Under the pieces are notes generated by a model that worked only from the letters and a program-made list of their open reading frames with translations, made no database searches and was not told the origin of the DNA. The position numbers were made by a program, and so were the translations under genes. Shown piece after piece: positions 34,392 to 45,420 of a DNA stretch of 50,187 nt. The stretch is from positions 1-50,187 of IMG/VR virus record IMGVR_UViG_3300018422_000112. One strand, 5' to 3'. Origin of the DNA: a virus (Duplodnaviria > Caudoviricetes). The first letter of the stretch is position 1. Every line of letters begins with the position of its first letter.

Positions 34392-36574
34392 TGGCAGTCG
34401 TCCCGATCACCCAAGGCGCTCGCATCAGGCGCGAGCCCATGCCTGCTTCCCGCGTCGTTGCTCCGGATATGTCCAGCGTCGGACGGTCCATCGGGGAAGG
34501 GCTGCAAGAGCTGGGGCAAGCCGGTTCCCGATTCGCCGAGGGCGAGCAGCGGCTTGTAGAGTTGCGGGCCGAGGAAGAGACGCGACGGGGCGATGTCGGC
34601 CTTATGCAAGCCGTCCGCCCACTCGACCAGCAGGTCCGGCGCGCGCGCGGCGTCAATGTCCGCGGCGCCTTAGCCTCTGCCCAAGAGGATTTGCGTACGA
34701 TTAGCGGGGAAATACTATCTAACGCCTCGAGCCCCTTGGCACGGCAGATGCTTCAGCGGGCCATAGACCGCCGAGTCGGACAGACCCTCGATAGCTGGTC
34801 ATCGCATGCCGACACAGAGGAGTTCCGCGCGCTCGACACCGGCCACGAAGCGAGGGCGAACGCCTCCATCGAGACCGCCCTCGATCACGCCGAAGAGCCG
34901 GAGATCGCGGCCGAGAACATGGCGAACGCCGTCATCGAAGTGAGCCGCCGCGCCGAGCTCAACGGTTGGGGCGACGCTGTACGGCAAGAGCAGCTACTCG
35001 CGACACGCTCCCGCTTTCACATCGGCCGCGCTCGTCAACGGTTCGAAGCAGAAGACCCTGAAGGCGCGAGGGCGATCCTTGATGCGAGCGGGGACGAAAT
35101 CCGGGCCGATGACGAAGCCCAGATGCGGCGCCTGATCAGCGGAGAGTTGGAAGCCAACCAAGCGTCACGAGACTTGGCCTATGTGGCCGAACTGCCGACT
35201 GCAGAGGGGGCAGCGCCCTCTAGTCCCGATGTCCCGCCAGGAGAAGCCGAATGGCGATCCCCGGTGCGCGTCGATTCGACGACCGTTCCCGGCGGGAGGT
35301 TCGGTGCGCCGCGCAGCTATGGCGGACATGTTGGCCGCGACTATGCCGGAATGAGGCAGGGAACGCCTGTCTATCCAATGGCAGAGGGCACAGTGCGAAG
35401 CGTTACCCGCTCCAACGGGGGCGGAAATACCGTCGAGATCGAATATGCCGGCGGCTACCGTTCGCGCTACCTGCATCTCGCCGATGGATCAATCCGGGTT
35501 CGCGAAGGGCAGCGTGTCGCGCCGAATGATGCTGTTGCTGGCGTGGGAGAGACCGGATCAGCTTCTCGCGGCGTTCACCTTCACGCCGAGCTTACCGATA
35601 GGCAGGGGCGCCGGATTGACCCTCAGACAATCGTAGGAGAGCGCTCTACGGGCTTGCCGGCGCCTGATGGCCGCCGCGTCGACATAGCGGTGCTCTATAG
35701 TCGCATTGATCAGCAGCCTTGGTCGGAATCTCGAAAGAGGCGCGCCAGGGAAGAGGCGCAGCGATACGCGGGCCAGAACGATCGGGTCCGCGAGCGCGGC
35801 GAGCAGGATGCCGAGCGTGTCCTTACTCAGCGGCTCGTCGAGATGAACCAGAGCGGGCAGCGCCTCACCAACCTGTCGCAACTGCCAGCCGCCGCACTAT
35901 CCGACGCCAGCCCGGCCTTTGTCCTTCAGCTTCAAGCCAGCGCCGACGCCAACAGCCGCCGCGAGCCTGAGGCAAATTCGGTAGTCATGGCCGAACTCGT
36001 CTTGCGGGCAGCGGAAGACCCGAACGCCTTCCTTCGTGAAAGCCCGGAACTCTATCGCAATCGCATCACCGATGCCGAGGTCATGGCCCTACACCGTACC
36101 CAAGCCGAGATTCGCAACCGCGCCGGGCCACAGCCGGGACAGATCCTCGAGATGATCAACTTCGTCTTGCCAGACACCGGGCTTGTCCCGCACATCGCGA
36201 CAACCTTGTCCGGTCCTCGCCGCCGAGTGGCGAGAGAAGCTGCGGAGACAGCCGAACGCCAGGCGCGGGCAAGGCTGCTCTCTGCGGTCCAGCAGCGTCT
36301 TTCGACCCAGTTCCCGCAAGGCACGCCAGTAAGGCAACAGGACATTCTCAGCGCCGTTCGCGCCGAAGTCGCGACCGTAACCGTTAACGGGCAGCAGACG
36401 CGCGTTTTCGAGGCGAGGGAGAGAGGCCAGCGCAGTTACACCATCCGAATCCCCCAACGGGTGCTGTCCCGCGTGGATCAGGATTTGCGCGACGCCGGCC
36501 TGCCGATCACCGAGAACAATCGCGGCAACGCCTATCTGAGGAACAAGGCCGAATACGATGCCATCTCCCGCTGA
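34391..36574 (+). CDS. Internal virion (ejection) protein with an M23 peptidase domain
   Basis: HVGRD (HxxxD), YLHL, GVHLHAE (HxH), IDP. Confidence 0.85.
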   Translation: MAVVPITQGARIRREPMPASRVVAPDMSSVGRSIGEGLQELGQAGSRFAEGEQRLVELRAEEETRRGDVGLMQAVRPLDQQVRRARGVNVRGALASAQEDLRTISGEILSNASSPLARQMLQRAIDRRVGQTLDSWSSHADTEEFRALDTGHEARANASIETALDHAEEPEIAAENMANAVIEVSRRAELNGWGDAVRQEQLLATRSRFHIGRARQRFEAEDPEGARAILDASGDEIRADDEAQMRRLISGELEANQASRDLAYVAELPTAEGAAPSSPDVPPGEAEWRSPVRVDSTTVPGGRFGAPRSYGGHVGRDYAGMRQGTPVYPMAEGTVRSVTRSNGGGNTVEIEYAGGYRSRYLHLADGSIRVREGQRVAPNDAVAGVGETGSASRGVHLHAELTDRQGRRIDPQTIVGERSTGLPAPDGRRVDIAVLYSRIDQQPWSESRKRRAREEAQRYAGQNDRVRERGEQDAERVLTQRLVEMNQSGQRLTNLSQLPAAALSDASPAFVLQLQASADANSRREPEANSVVMAELVLRAAEDPNAFLRESPELYRNRITDAEVMALHRTQAEIRNRAGPQPGQILEMINFVLPDTGLVPHIATTLSGPRRRVAREAAETAERQARARLLSAVQQRLSTQFPQGTPVRQQDILSAVRAEVATVTVNGQQTRVFEARERGQRSYTIRIPQRVLSRVDQDLRDAGLPITENNRGNAYLRNKAEYDAISR

Positions 36575-39500
36575 CGAGGGCAGAGCCCGGCGCGTATCAG
36601 GGCTTCGCCGGGAAGCGGCCGCGCGCGTGGCGCTGCACGCCGTCGATGACACCAGCCCGGCCACGGCGCGGGCCGATGCGAGGCTCGGGCGTCAGGCTGG
36701 CATACCTCTGCAGTCCTTCGATGATGCCACCCGGCCCATGGCGGAGGCGAGGGCGCGAAGCTTTCAGGTCCAGGACGCGCTTAGCCGCGCCCCGCGCCTT
36801 GCTCCGATCCTCGCCGATCCTCGCCGCTATCAGCGGGTTTCGGACGACTTGGCTCCGCTGACGGATATTGTCGACGCCGTTCATCGCCAGTCGAGGGACA
36901 TGGCGGCTACGTTCATGTCCGAGGCCAGTGGGAGGCGAGAGCCGCGGCGCATCGGAGGCGGCGGCATCAGTCCTGTCGGGCAAGCGATTTCAGCCCTGCT
37001 CAGCGGCACAGCGGCAGTAGGAGAGGCCCTTGTCGGCGGCGGTATCGAGATGGGCGGGAGCGCCCTGCAAGCCTCGGGCCGGCTTGCCGTGCAAACTGGC
37101 GTTACCGCGCTCGGCACAATCGGCGGCGCCCATGTCTTGGCGGGGTCTCCATCCATCCGTGATTTGACTGACGCGGCGGCTCGCCCGCTCTCTCGGGCCT
37201 CGCAGGAGGCGGCGCGGCCTATCGTTCGCTATGGCAACACCTTCGCCACGCCAACGGACAGCCCTCTCGTCAACCGCCTTCAAACAGCGGCTCGCTCCGC
37301 CGGTGGTTCAGCTATTCTGTTGCTCGCCTCCGCCGCCACTCGAAACCCTCTGACCGGAACTGTGATCGCGGGCGTGGCGGAATCCGAGCGCGCCTATGAA
37401 GATGCCATCGCCTCCGGGTTGAATGAGCAAGAGGCCCGAAGCTACGCGGACATCAACGGCCTGATCGAAGGCGGTATGGAGTATTGGAGCAACCGCCTGT
37501 TCGTCGGCGACATAGTGGGCGGCAGCGGCTTCCTGCGCACTCTCCGCAATCAGGTGGCGTCCGAGGTCCCGAGCGAGCTGGCGACCACGGCAGGGCAGGA
37601 GCTAAACCGGTTCGCCAGTATCGAAAGGCGGCAGGGCGTTACCGTGGGGGAGTTCGTCCGCGACCTCCCCGGCGAGTTGCTGGACACCTTCATTACAACC
37701 ATCCTCGCCACGGGCATGACGACTTCGATTTCTCATCCCATAGCGACGGTCGTTAACAGGCGTGTCGAGCAGATACAGGCGCGAACCGACGCGCGGACGG
37801 TCGATCGGATCATGGGGGCGTCCGCTCAGTCGCGAACGAGGACAGAGAGCCCGCATGATTTCCGCGAGATTATGGACGAAGCGGCGGACGGAACCCCCGT
37901 CGAGAATCTATACATCCCTCCGGAGAACATCCGCCAGCTTTTCCAGACCCCCGAAGATTTGGCGGAGGACAATTTCTGGAGCGCCTATGCGGAGGATATC
38001 GCCGAAGCGGAGGCCATCGGTGGGGACGTAGTCATTCCTCTGTCCGAAGCGGCGACGCATCTCGCCGGCAATCCTCAATGGGAGGCGCTGAAGGATCACG
38101 CGCGGACCTCCGCGGGGGGTATGTCGAGGATCGAAGCGGAGGAAGCGAACGAGGCATTCGCCGATGCGATCCGCCAGACCGGCGAGGAGCTGACCGCTGA
38201 GCTTGAAGCCGATCGTGCGGCCATGGAGCCTGTCGTCAAGGTCTATGAGGCGATGCGCGACAAGCTGATGCTTGCGGGGTTTCGCGCCGATGCGGCGTCT
38301 CAGCTCGCGACCCAATTTTCTCAGCGGCAAGCAGTGCGAGCCCAGCGCCTGGGACGTCCTCTGACCGGGCAGGAAGCGGGAGAAGTGGAGGTTCGGCAAA
38401 TCCTGCCCGAACGCTTGGCACAGGCCATCACGGCAGCGGAAGTTCCCGACGCGGGGCTGCGCGACGTCATCGCCGAGATGAGGCGCAAGCGCGGTGTCCG
38501 AAGCGAGCAGGCTAGGTTCGGCCCCTCACTGCTCGACTGGATAGCCAAACGGGGCGGCATTGAGGATCGCGGCGGCGACATTGCCGCGATGGGAGCGGGG
38601 CCTCTCAGAGGCAGCGCGAAGAAAGGCCAGCGGAAGCTCATCAGACCCAGCAACGACGGTCAGCCCTCCCTGCTCGGCGCCGATGGACAACAGAACAGCA
38701 ATTCGCCGGACGAGCTGGCGTTACGCGCATGGGAGGCTGGGTACTTCACCGAGTTCGCCGAGCGGCCGAGTGTCAATGATCTTCTGAATGCGATTTCGGA
38801 GGGCCTGTCGGGCCGCGACCGCTTTGTGCCGGCGGATGAAAACCAAGCCGATATGTTGAGGGATGCCGCCCAGGAACTATCTTCGCTTCTTGATCAGCGT
38901 GGCTTGGACGCAGACACGGCTAGCGATGCCGAGATCGCTCGAACGGTCTCGCAATATCAATCGGAGCGGATGGAGGGGAGGTCTTTCGGGCAGGGGCTTT
39001 TCGACGATCCCGAACAGCCGCGTCGGAGCATGACCACCGAGCAGCGCGCCGAACTTGATGCGCGCCAGCTGCAATCCATGGCGCGGCGTGGCGGTCAGGC
39101 ATCGGTGAAGGATCAGGCCGGCGGCCTCTTCTCTGCCGAGCGCGATCAGGACAGCCTGTTCCAGACCTATGGGGATGGCCCGAGAGGGCGCATCACCTTC
39201 ACGTCCGATGGGCGCTCAGTTATCGACCTCTTCGAAGCGCGCGACCTGAGCACGTTGATCCACGAATCTGGCCATCTCTATCTCGAGGAGCTAAAAACAG
39301 ACGCGGCAATCGCGCTCCAGCTCGACACCGTAGAAGGCCGGCAACTCTTCGCCGACTTCGAAACGGTCAAAGCATGGTTCGCGCGCGAGGGTCATCCGAT
39401 CGGCGAAGACGGCGTGATCCCAACCGAAGCGCACGAAATGTGGGCGCGGGGTTTCGAGCGTTACGCCATGGAGGGCAAAGCTCCGTCGTCGACTCTCCGC

Positions 39501-42500
39501 CGCGCCTTCGAAGCGTTCCGGTCCTGGCTATTGAATATCTACAAGACGGCGGACAGGCTCCGCGCGCCGATCACGCCTGAAATCCGCGATGTCATGGCCC
39601 GGCTGCTGGCGACGGACGAAGAGATCGCCGCGGCTCAGGAAGAGCAGCAGATCAAGGCGCTGTTCAAGACCGCCAAGGAAGCGGGGATGACGGCGGCCGA
39701 GTTCGCGGCTTACAATCGTTCGACGGAAGACGCGCGAGACGAAGCTCATTCAGCCCTTCTCCAGCGGACGATGGCGACGATTCGAGCCTCGCGCACGAAG
39801 GAATATCGGACCCAAGAGGCGAGCGTCAACGCCGAGATCGCGGCCGCGGTCGATAACCAGCCCGTGTTCAAAACTCTTCGTCTGCTGCGTACCGGAAAAG
39901 TCACTGATGAAGAGGCGCGGCCGGTCAAGCTGGACAGGCAATTCCTTATCGACTCCTACGGGCCAGACGCTCTTGACGCGATGCCGAAGAGCGTCCCGCC
40001 CATATTCGGAAGCGAGAACACCACCCACCCCGACGTGATCGCGGGTGAGGTCGGCTTCGAATCCGGCGACGAGATGATCCGAATGCTGATGGGGCATGAG
40101 CAGACCCGGCAGGAGCTGAGGGCGAAGGGCGACAAGCGCTCCCCACGGCAAGTGCTGATCGACGAGGAAACGGCCGCGCGCATGGCCGAGCGCTACGGGG
40201 ATCCATTGCGGGACGGCTCGATCGAGGAGGAGGCCCGCGCTCTCATCCACAATGACCGGCAGGGCGAAGTCATCGCGGCCGAGATCAGGGCGCTGGGCAG
40301 GAAGACGGGGCAGCGGCCGACACCATATTCAATTGCTCGCCAGTGGGCCGCCGAGCGGATCGCCACTGGCGTGGTTGTGGGCGTTGCCTCGGGAACGGCA
40401 CTCCAGCAATACCAGCGCGCCGCGCGGAGGGCAGCTAAGCTCGCCGAAGAGGCGATGCTGAAGGGCGATGCAAACGAGACGTTCCGCCAGAAGCAGTCCC
40501 AGATGCTCAACAACGCCCTTATCTCGGAAGGGAGGAAGGCGAAGGACCGGATCGACATAGCCGTCCGCCGGCTCGGCAAGCTGGCCAAGCGGCGGACGAT
40601 GAAATCCGTAGATCAGGACTATCTCGACCAGGTCCACGGGCTGCTGGAGCAAGTTGACCTGGGGCAGCGGTCGCAGACGGCGATCGACAAGCGCATCTCG
40701 TTCGAAACGTGGGCTGCGGCGCAGGAGGCCGCCGGCCATGACCTGACCGTCCCCGCGTCTTTCGCGAATACCTTGGGACAGACGCATTGGTCGCGCCTCA
40801 GCGTCGAAGAGCTGATCGGGCTCGACGACACGGTCCAGCAAATCATCCACCTAGGAAGGTTGAAGCAGACCCTTCTCGACGGCAAGGAGCGGCGGGATCG
40901 GGAAGAGGTCATCGCCGAGATGGAGGCGGTCGGCGGGGGCCTGAAGCAGCGTCCGCCTTCGACCTTGAACGATCCGGATCGTAATTTCCTAGACAAGACA
41001 AGATCCAAGCTGCGCGGCGCCGACGCGGCGATGGTCAAGATCGAGCAGCTTTGCCTGTGGCTGGACGGGAACCGGCAGAACGGCCCGTTCACCCGTATGA
41101 TCTTCCGCCCGATGGCCGAAGCCCAGGGTAGGGAAGCCGACATGATGCGGCTCTACGTCGAGAAGATGAACGTCGTTCTCAGTGGGATGCCGAAGGAGCA
41201 GCTTCGCGATTGGGGGCGAGAGGTCGACACGCCGGAGCTGATTGTCAACGTCGAAGGCCATCCGGAGCGCGGGCGGCCGTGGCGGCTCTACAAAGACCAA
41301 ATCGTCATGCTGGCGATGAACTGGGGCAACGAGGGCAACCGCCAGCGCATCGTTGACGGCTACCGCTGGTCGGAGGCTCAGGTGGAAATCGTACTGGCCA
41401 GACTGATGTCGGCGGAGGACTGGGCTTTCGTCCAGGCTACCTGGGACACGATCGACGAGCTTTGGCCGCAAGTCGCCGAGATGGAGCGAAGGGTCAACGG
41501 CTTCGCTCCGGACAAGGTCGAGGCGATCCCAGTCGAGACGCCGTTCGGCACGTTCCGAGGCGGCTATTTCCCGGCTGTCTACGATCCGACCTGGTCGTCC
41601 CGCGCCGAGGCCAATGCGGAAAAGAACCTCCTCGAGGCCAATTACGTGAAAGCCAACACCCGCGCCAGTTCGACCCAAGAGCGCATCGAAGGCGTGAAGC
41701 GGCCGATCCTGCTGTCCATGGGCGTTATTACCCGTCATCTCGGCGAGGTTATTCACGACATCACGCACCGGGAAGCGCTCATCGAGGTTAACCGCATCGT
41801 CTCGGATGAGCGGATCCAGAGAGTCATCTCGAACACGATGGGGCCGGAGTACGGCAAGCTCCTGACGCCTTGGCTGAAGCACATCGCCAACGATGCGGCG
41901 CGGAACGCCAACTCGAATTCGATTGTCGTCAATTTTTTCCGCGGGCTCAATCGCAACGTCACGCTCGTGGGGCTCGGCTATCGGCTCACTTCCGCCATCG
42001 CCCAGGTCGCGGGTATGCCGAACATCATTGCCAAGATCGGCGCGGTGCGGATGGGCGAGGGGTGGCTGCGGTTCATGTCCAACCCGCTCTCCGCCTATCG
42101 CGAGGTCACGGACAAGTCGGCGGAAATGCGCGACCGCTTCTCAACGATGGACCGCGATATTGTCGAGCGCGCCCAGCAGATGGCTGGACGGCGGGGGATC
42201 AGGGCGATCCAGGGACCCGGCTGGTTCACGAAATACGCCTTCCACTTCATCCTCATTATGGACGCGTTCCTGACGACGGCGGGGTGGATTGGGGCCTATC
42301 GCAAGGCGGCGGCTGAGGGGATGAGCGAAGAGGAGGCCGTTGCGTTCGCCGACCAGACAATCCGGCTGTCCCAGGGCGCGGGCGGGGCCAAGGACCAAGC
42401 GGCGATCACCCGCGAGCATGAAGCGGTGAAAGTCTTCACCCGCTTCTTCTCCTATTTCTCGGCGCTCTACAGCCAGCAGCGGGACGTGTTTCATCGCCTG

Positions 42501-43028
42501 CGGAGGATCGAGAGCGCGAAGGACGCTGGGACCGTCCTTCACCGCGCATTTTGGGTAATGATCATGCCGCCGATCGTCGATGGGCTCATTCGCGAGTGGA
42601 TGGGCGGGTCCGGGCCTGGCGACGATGACGAGGACGGCGAGATATCGCTGGAGGAGCGTGGCGAATGGCTGGCAAGCCGCGTTATGTTTGGCAACATCGC
42701 CTCGATCCCCGGCATCCGGGAGGTTGGCGGCGCTGTCGATTCAGGCTTCGGCTACCGCATTTCCCCCGTGTCCATGGTCGGTGAAAGCCTTCTCCAGGGA
42801 TTTCAGAATGTCGAGCGGATGCTGGATCGCGACGAAGGGACTGAGCCGAGCGACCGCTGGGTCAAGCAGACGCTCACGCTCTACGGCCTCCTGTTCGGCA
42901 AGCCCACGGGCCAGCTCTCAGCGGCGGCTCAGTTCAGTTACGACACCGCCACCGGGGAAGCCGAGCCGGAGACCGTCGGCGACTATTACACTGGTCTGAC
43001 GAGGGGGCGGCTGGAGGAAGTCGAATAA
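36558..43028 (+). CDS. Large internal virion (ejection) protein, 2156 aa
   Basis: Size and position; STLIHESGH...HEMWARGFERY module. Confidence 0.85.
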   Translation: MPSPADEGRARRVSGLRREAAARVALHAVDDTSPATARADARLGRQAGIPLQSFDDATRPMAEARARSFQVQDALSRAPRLAPILADPRRYQRVSDDLAPLTDIVDAVHRQSRDMAATFMSEASGRREPRRIGGGGISPVGQAISALLSGTAAVGEALVGGGIEMGGSALQASGRLAVQTGVTALGTIGGAHVLAGSPSIRDLTDAAARPLSRASQEAARPIVRYGNTFATPTDSPLVNRLQTAARSAGGSAILLLASAATRNPLTGTVIAGVAESERAYEDAIASGLNEQEARSYADINGLIEGGMEYWSNRLFVGDIVGGSGFLRTLRNQVASEVPSELATTAGQELNRFASIERRQGVTVGEFVRDLPGELLDTFITTILATGMTTSISHPIATVVNRRVEQIQARTDARTVDRIMGASAQSRTRTESPHDFREIMDEAADGTPVENLYIPPENIRQLFQTPEDLAEDNFWSAYAEDIAEAEAIGGDVVIPLSEAATHLAGNPQWEALKDHARTSAGGMSRIEAEEANEAFADAIRQTGEELTAELEADRAAMEPVVKVYEAMRDKLMLAGFRADAASQLATQFSQRQAVRAQRLGRPLTGQEAGEVEVRQILPERLAQAITAAEVPDAGLRDVIAEMRRKRGVRSEQARFGPSLLDWIAKRGGIEDRGGDIAAMGAGPLRGSAKKGQRKLIRPSNDGQPSLLGADGQQNSNSPDELALRAWEAGYFTEFAERPSVNDLLNAISEGLSGRDRFVPADENQADMLRDAAQELSSLLDQRGLDADTASDAEIARTVSQYQSERMEGRSFGQGLFDDPEQPRRSMTTEQRAELDARQLQSMARRGGQASVKDQAGGLFSAERDQDSLFQTYGDGPRGRITFTSDGRSVIDLFEARDLSTLIHESGHLYLEELKTDAAIALQLDTVEGRQLFADFETVKAWFAREGHPIGEDGVIPTEAHEMWARGFERYAMEGKAPSSTLRRAFEAFRSWLLNIYKTADRLRAPITPEIRDVMARLLATDEEIAAAQEEQQIKALFKTAKEAGMTAAEFAAYNRSTEDARDEAHSALLQRTMATIRASRTKEYRTQEASVNAEIAAAVDNQPVFKTLRLLRTGKVTDEEARPVKLDRQFLIDSYGPDALDAMPKSVPPIFGSENTTHPDVIAGEVGFESGDEMIRMLMGHEQTRQELRAKGDKRSPRQVLIDEETAARMAERYGDPLRDGSIEEEARALIHNDRQGEVIAAEIRALGRKTGQRPTPYSIARQWAAERIATGVVVGVASGTALQQYQRAARRAAKLAEEAMLKGDANETFRQKQSQMLNNALISEGRKAKDRIDIAVRRLGKLAKRRTMKSVDQDYLDQVHGLLEQVDLGQRSQTAIDKRISFETWAAAQEAAGHDLTVPASFANTLGQTHWSRLSVEELIGLDDTVQQIIHLGRLKQTLLDGKERRDREEVIAEMEAVGGGLKQRPPSTLNDPDRNFLDKTRSKLRGADAAMVKIEQLCLWLDGNRQNGPFTRMIFRPMAEAQGREADMMRLYVEKMNVVLSGMPKEQLRDWGREVDTPELIVNVEGHPERGRPWRLYKDQIVMLAMNWGNEGNRQRIVDGYRWSEAQVEIVLARLMSAEDWAFVQATWDTIDELWPQVAEMERRVNGFAPDKVEAIPVETPFGTFRGGYFPAVYDPTWSSRAEANAEKNLLEANYVKANTRASSTQERIEGVKRPILLSMGVITRHLGEVIHDITHREALIEVNRIVSDERIQRVISNTMGPEYGKLLTPWLKHIANDAARNANSNSIVVNFFRGLNRNVTLVGLGYRLTSAIAQVAGMPNIIAKIGAVRMGEGWLRFMSNPLSAYREVTDKSAEMRDRFSTMDRDIVERAQQMAGRRGIRAIQGPGWFTKYAFHFILIMDAFLTTAGWIGAYRKAAAEGMSEEEAVAFADQTIRLSQGAGGAKDQAAITREHEAVKVFTRFFSYFSALYSQQRDVFHRLRRIESAKDAGTVLHRAFWVMIMPPIVDGLIREWMGGSGPGDDDEDGEISLEERGEWLASRVMFGNIASIPGIREVGGAVDSGFGYRISPVSMVGESLLQGFQNVERMLDRDEGTEPSDRWVKQTLTLYGLLFGKPTGQLSAAAQFSYDTATGEAEPETVGDYYTGLTRGRLEEVE

Positions 43029-43030
43029 CG

Positions 43031-43079
43031 CTGTGCATCCCTCCGCCTGAGGGCGGCGGAGATGACTATCCTGCCGGCG
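43031..43079 (+). promoter_or_regulatory. Putative late promoter 3
   Basis: CTGTGCATCCC-25 nt-TATCCT-7 nt-ATG. Confidence 0.7.
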
Positions 43080-45257
43080 ATGACCGTCACATCCACCGCC
43101 ACCTATTCAGGTCCGTTCACGCCCAACGGCGTGACGACGCAGTTCGCATTCGCCTTCAAGGCGGCATCGGCAAGCGAGATCGAGGCCAGGTCACTCGCTG
43201 GCGACACGTGGGCGACGATCAGCCCAGCTCTTTACGACGTCACCGTCAACAGCGGAGATGGTGGGACCATAACCTTCACCACCGCCCCCGCTGCGGCAAT
43301 TGGCGAGCTCTACATTTTCTCCGATCCCCTTTTCACGCGGGAGGCCAATTTCGGGGCGGAGGGACTATTCTCGCCGGCTGCCCTCAACCCTCAACTCGAT
43401 CGCGCCGCGGTCCGTGACTTGTACCTCAAAGAGCGGGTCGACAGCGTCGTCAGCGACGAGCTGCTGCTAGCCTCTAAGGGCGGCAAGTTCCTGGGGTGGG
43501 ATGCCGAAGGGAACCCCACGGCCCTGTCGGGGACGGGAACGGACGACGCCTTGCGCGACGACCTTGTCGCTTCGACAGGCGGCGCGCTGGTCGGCCTTCT
43601 GTCGCTGGGCGTCGGCGGGCTGGCAAGAAGCCTGCTCGCATGGTTTCGCGACCAGCCCCTGACCGCAGAGGGGTTCGGGGCTGTCGGCGATGTCCCAACG
43701 GACGATGCGGCGGCGTTCGCTAAACTGATCACGGCCGCCCAAGCCTTTTCCCTGCCCATCCGCCTCAAGCAGGGCGCCACCTACGGTCTCGGCGCGGCGG
43801 CCTGGACCGGTCTCAGCGCCACCCTCACCAAAGATATCGACATCGACGGCAACGGCGCCACGATCAAGGTCTTGGCCATGCCCACCAATCTGGGCGTCGT
43901 CGGCCCCGCCAACAGGTGCCTGCTCAAGTTCGACGGCACCGCGAGCTACTACAAGCTCAAGATCCACAACCTGACGATCGACGCCAACGGCTTCCCCTCG
44001 GGCACGACAGATAACCTGGCCCTGGTCGCCGCCTATCGCTGCGATGTCGACATCCAGGGCTGCAAGTTCATCAACGGGAACATGGGCGCCGGCAATACGG
44101 CGACGTTCGCCCTGTTCCTGAACGCGTGCAGCGGGCGCATCCACGGCAATCGTTCGAAGAATGTCGGCTATTTCGGCTATCTCGGCCACACCAATGCGGG
44201 GATGAACGGCTTCAACCTCACGGTCTCGGCCAACATCTGCGAGCAGTTCTATAATGCCGCCACGCCTACAGTCCGAGGCGATTTCGTCGCTGGCGTTCAC
44301 CACAACACCGCCATCATCGGCAACACGGCTACCGGCTTCTTCACCGCCGTCGCCTTGTCCGGCTTTGCTGGCACCGGCGTCTTTTGCGACGACGTCACCA
44401 TCGTCGGAAACGTTTTCGAAAACGGGACCGCTCAGGGCATCCAGACTGACATCGTCGGCGCGATCAAGGCGCAGCGCATCGTCATCACCGCCAACGTCAT
44501 CCGAGCCTGCGGGGTCAGTGGTGCTGGCATCTATATCTCGCAGGTCGAGGACGGCTCGATCACAGGCAACGCGCTGGACGGCAACGAGTTCGGCATCCAG
44601 ATCGACAATAGCACGGGGATCGTAATTTCCTCGAACCGGATCACCGCCGGCGCCGCCGCGACCAAGGTCGCGGGCATCCGCATCATCGCCGCTACCGGCA
44701 ACGTCTCCGGGATCGAGCTCATCGGCAACAGGGTCAGCGGCTACACCGGGACTGACCATTACGGGCTGCTCGTCACGCCCTCAGGCGGCTTCACCGTTTC
44801 CGACGTCGGCATCTCGGGCGGCGCCTATAACGGCAATGGCGACGGCATCCGGATCAGCGTCGACTGCGCGAAGGTCCGGATCGGCAATGTTACCGCCATC
44901 GGCAACACGCTCGACCTCAGGCTCCTGGCCCTCGACATCGCGTTCGAGCCCAACACCATGGTCTACGCCACCGAGATCGGGGCTCAGTATTGGGACCTGT
45001 CGAGCGCGACCCCGGCCCTTGCCGGCCGACGCACCTATCGCCTTTCGAACGGTCTCACCGTCACCAGCGTGACCGGCGGCATCGACGGGCACTTTTACGA
45101 CTTCATCGGCGCCGGCACGTTCACGATCAATCACAATGGAACGAGCGTCAGCAACCTCGGCGCCGCCAATCGCGCCGGAGCTGCAGGAGGCTTCATCTCC
45201 TACCAATGCCGGGGCGGGGTGCTGATCGAGCATCTGCGCAACGCCAGCGTGACCTGA
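43080..45257 (+). CDS. Tailspike: T7-type anchor domain plus pectate-lyase-like beta-helix
   Basis: NGVTTQFAFAF anchor; FGAVGD..TDDAAAF; I-x-GN repeats. Confidence 0.9.
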   Translation: MTVTSTATYSGPFTPNGVTTQFAFAFKAASASEIEARSLAGDTWATISPALYDVTVNSGDGGTITFTTAPAAAIGELYIFSDPLFTREANFGAEGLFSPAALNPQLDRAAVRDLYLKERVDSVVSDELLLASKGGKFLGWDAEGNPTALSGTGTDDALRDDLVASTGGALVGLLSLGVGGLARSLLAWFRDQPLTAEGFGAVGDVPTDDAAAFAKLITAAQAFSLPIRLKQGATYGLGAAAWTGLSATLTKDIDIDGNGATIKVLAMPTNLGVVGPANRCLLKFDGTASYYKLKIHNLTIDANGFPSGTTDNLALVAAYRCDVDIQGCKFINGNMGAGNTATFALFLNACSGRIHGNRSKNVGYFGYLGHTNAGMNGFNLTVSANICEQFYNAATPTVRGDFVAGVHHNTAIIGNTATGFFTAVALSGFAGTGVFCDDVTIVGNVFENGTAQGIQTDIVGAIKAQRIVITANVIRACGVSGAGIYISQVEDGSITGNALDGNEFGIQIDNSTGIVISSNRITAGAAATKVAGIRIIAATGNVSGIELIGNRVSGYTGTDHYGLLVTPSGGFTVSDVGISGGAYNGNGDGIRISVDCAKVRIGNVTAIGNTLDLRLLALDIAFEPNTMVYATEIGAQYWDLSSATPALAGRRTYRLSNGLTVTSVTGGIDGHFYDFIGAGTFTINHNGTSVSNLGAANRAGAAGGFISYQCRGGVLIEHLRNASVT

Positions 45258-45267
45258 GGGAGGGCCA

Positions 45268-45414
45268 ATGTTCAAGATCCAATATCGCATGACCGGCGAG
45301 GGCGACTGGGCCGATGATGAGCGCCGCTTTTCGACGGAAGCGGAAGCCGAAGCCGCCGCCAACCGGATGAAGCTGTTCGTCTCCGTCGAAACCCAAGTCG
45401 TGCCGGGGGAGTGA
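45268..45414 (+). CDS. Small hypothetical protein (48 aa)
   Basis: GGGAGG RBS; MFKIQYR...FSTEAEAEAAA. Confidence 0.5.
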   Translation: MFKIQYRMTGEGDWADDERRFSTEAEAEAAANRMKLFVSVETQVVPGE

Positions 45415-45420
45415 GGGGGC

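Noticed and set aside
24084-44759. Long antisense ORFs (24084..25571, 31587..32807, 43467..44759)
   Set aside because: Shadows of the portal, nozzle and tailspike genes
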